A stretch of 64,000 bases of DNA from a virus. How positions within the stretch are numbered: the first letter of the stretch is position 1; every line of letters starts with the position of its first letter. This document shows, piece by piece, positions 63,643 through 64,000 of this stretch. The stretch lies in the IMG/VR virus record IMGVR_UViG_3300012933_000155, positions 71,079 through 135,078 of that record; one strand, 5' to 3'. The translations under genes were made by a program, and so were the position numbers. Below the pieces are notes generated by a model. It saw only the letters and a list, made by a program, of their open reading frames with translations, made no database searches and was not told where the DNA came from.

Positions 63643-63900
63643 ATGAGATACCTAATTATTACTTACGTTGGAAAACCAAACGGACAAATTGACGAACAAG
63701 TTGAAATGTCAAACCGTGTGCGAGATTCAGACATTCAAACAGCGAATGTCATCATGGATTTTAAAGAAGCGAAGATTATCAAGTGTTCTATTAAAGGAAC
63801 AACATTGACTAATGAATGGAGTAAGTTGCGAAACTATTACCATGAAGTGTATAGTGATGTGATTGAAAAACTAGAAGCAGAAAATACTCCTGCTCTATAA
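63643..63900 (+). CDS. Hypothetical protein
   Basis: ORF immediately after the clamp loader. Confidence 0.6.
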   Translation: MRYLIITYVGKPNGQIDEQVEMSNRVRDSDIQTANVIMDFKEAKIIKCSIKGTTLTNEWSKLRNYYHEVYSDVIEKLEAENTPAL

Positions 63901-63904
63901 TAAC

Positions 63905-63929
63905 AAAAGGGGCTTAACGCCCCTTTTTT
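63905..63929. terminator. Bidirectional terminator
   Basis: AAAAGGGGC-TTAAC-GCCCCTTTT between convergent genes. Confidence 0.75.
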
Positions 63930-64000
63930 AATTACCGTACAAGCGAAGTACGTGCTCAATAATTCTATGTCGTTGAACATCTTTCAGTTCAAAGTTACAT
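63928..64000 (-). CDS. phoH: C-terminal end of a PhoH-like protein (partial)
   Basis: Hand translation gives CNFELKDVQRHRIIEHVLRLYGN*, resembling the PhoH F..xDIVRHxLV..I...Y terminus. Confidence 0.6.
   Translation of the reverse strand, partial: CNFELKDVQRHRIIEHVLRLYGN

Noticed and set aside
1-64000. Alternative genetic code (TAG/TGA recoding) as an explanation for the many short ORFs and split DnaE
   Set aside because: Core genes are full length under the standard code. The short ORFs end in a shared C-terminal motif with coupled starts, and the DnaE halves are 35 kb apart.

Overview
A 64 kb, AT-rich, densely coding segment of a large lytic T4-like (myovirus, probably jumbo-type) phage genome. 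The spanin pair points to a Gram-negative host. The window holds packaging genes (gp17, gp16-like, gp4), neck/tail/baseplate genes (gp13, gp14, gp15, gp18, gp19, fibres), recombination and replication genes (gp32, UvsX, UvsY, UvsW, primase, helicase, clamp loader subunits, nucleases), nucleotide metabolism genes (dNMP kinase, MazG, Nudix, partial PhoH), a GroES-like co-chaperonin and dispersed lysis genes (spanins, GH19 endolysin). Two promoter classes are visible: host sigma70 (TTGACA-17-TATAAT, often leaderless) and T4-type late (NATAAATA). Three things stand out. (1) A miniaturised DNA polymerase III alpha (DnaE) is split into two genes about 35 kb apart, at the FERFL / PDIDxDF junction, with no visible intein. 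(2) A translationally coupled tandem array of about 18 small paralogues ends in F-x-L-R/K-W, and that motif's codons double as the next gene's ribosome-binding site. (3) A roughly 320-nt, highly structured non-coding element lies upstream of gp13. I saw no tRNA, CRISPR array or integrase. All product calls come from motif recognition by eye, with no database searches.
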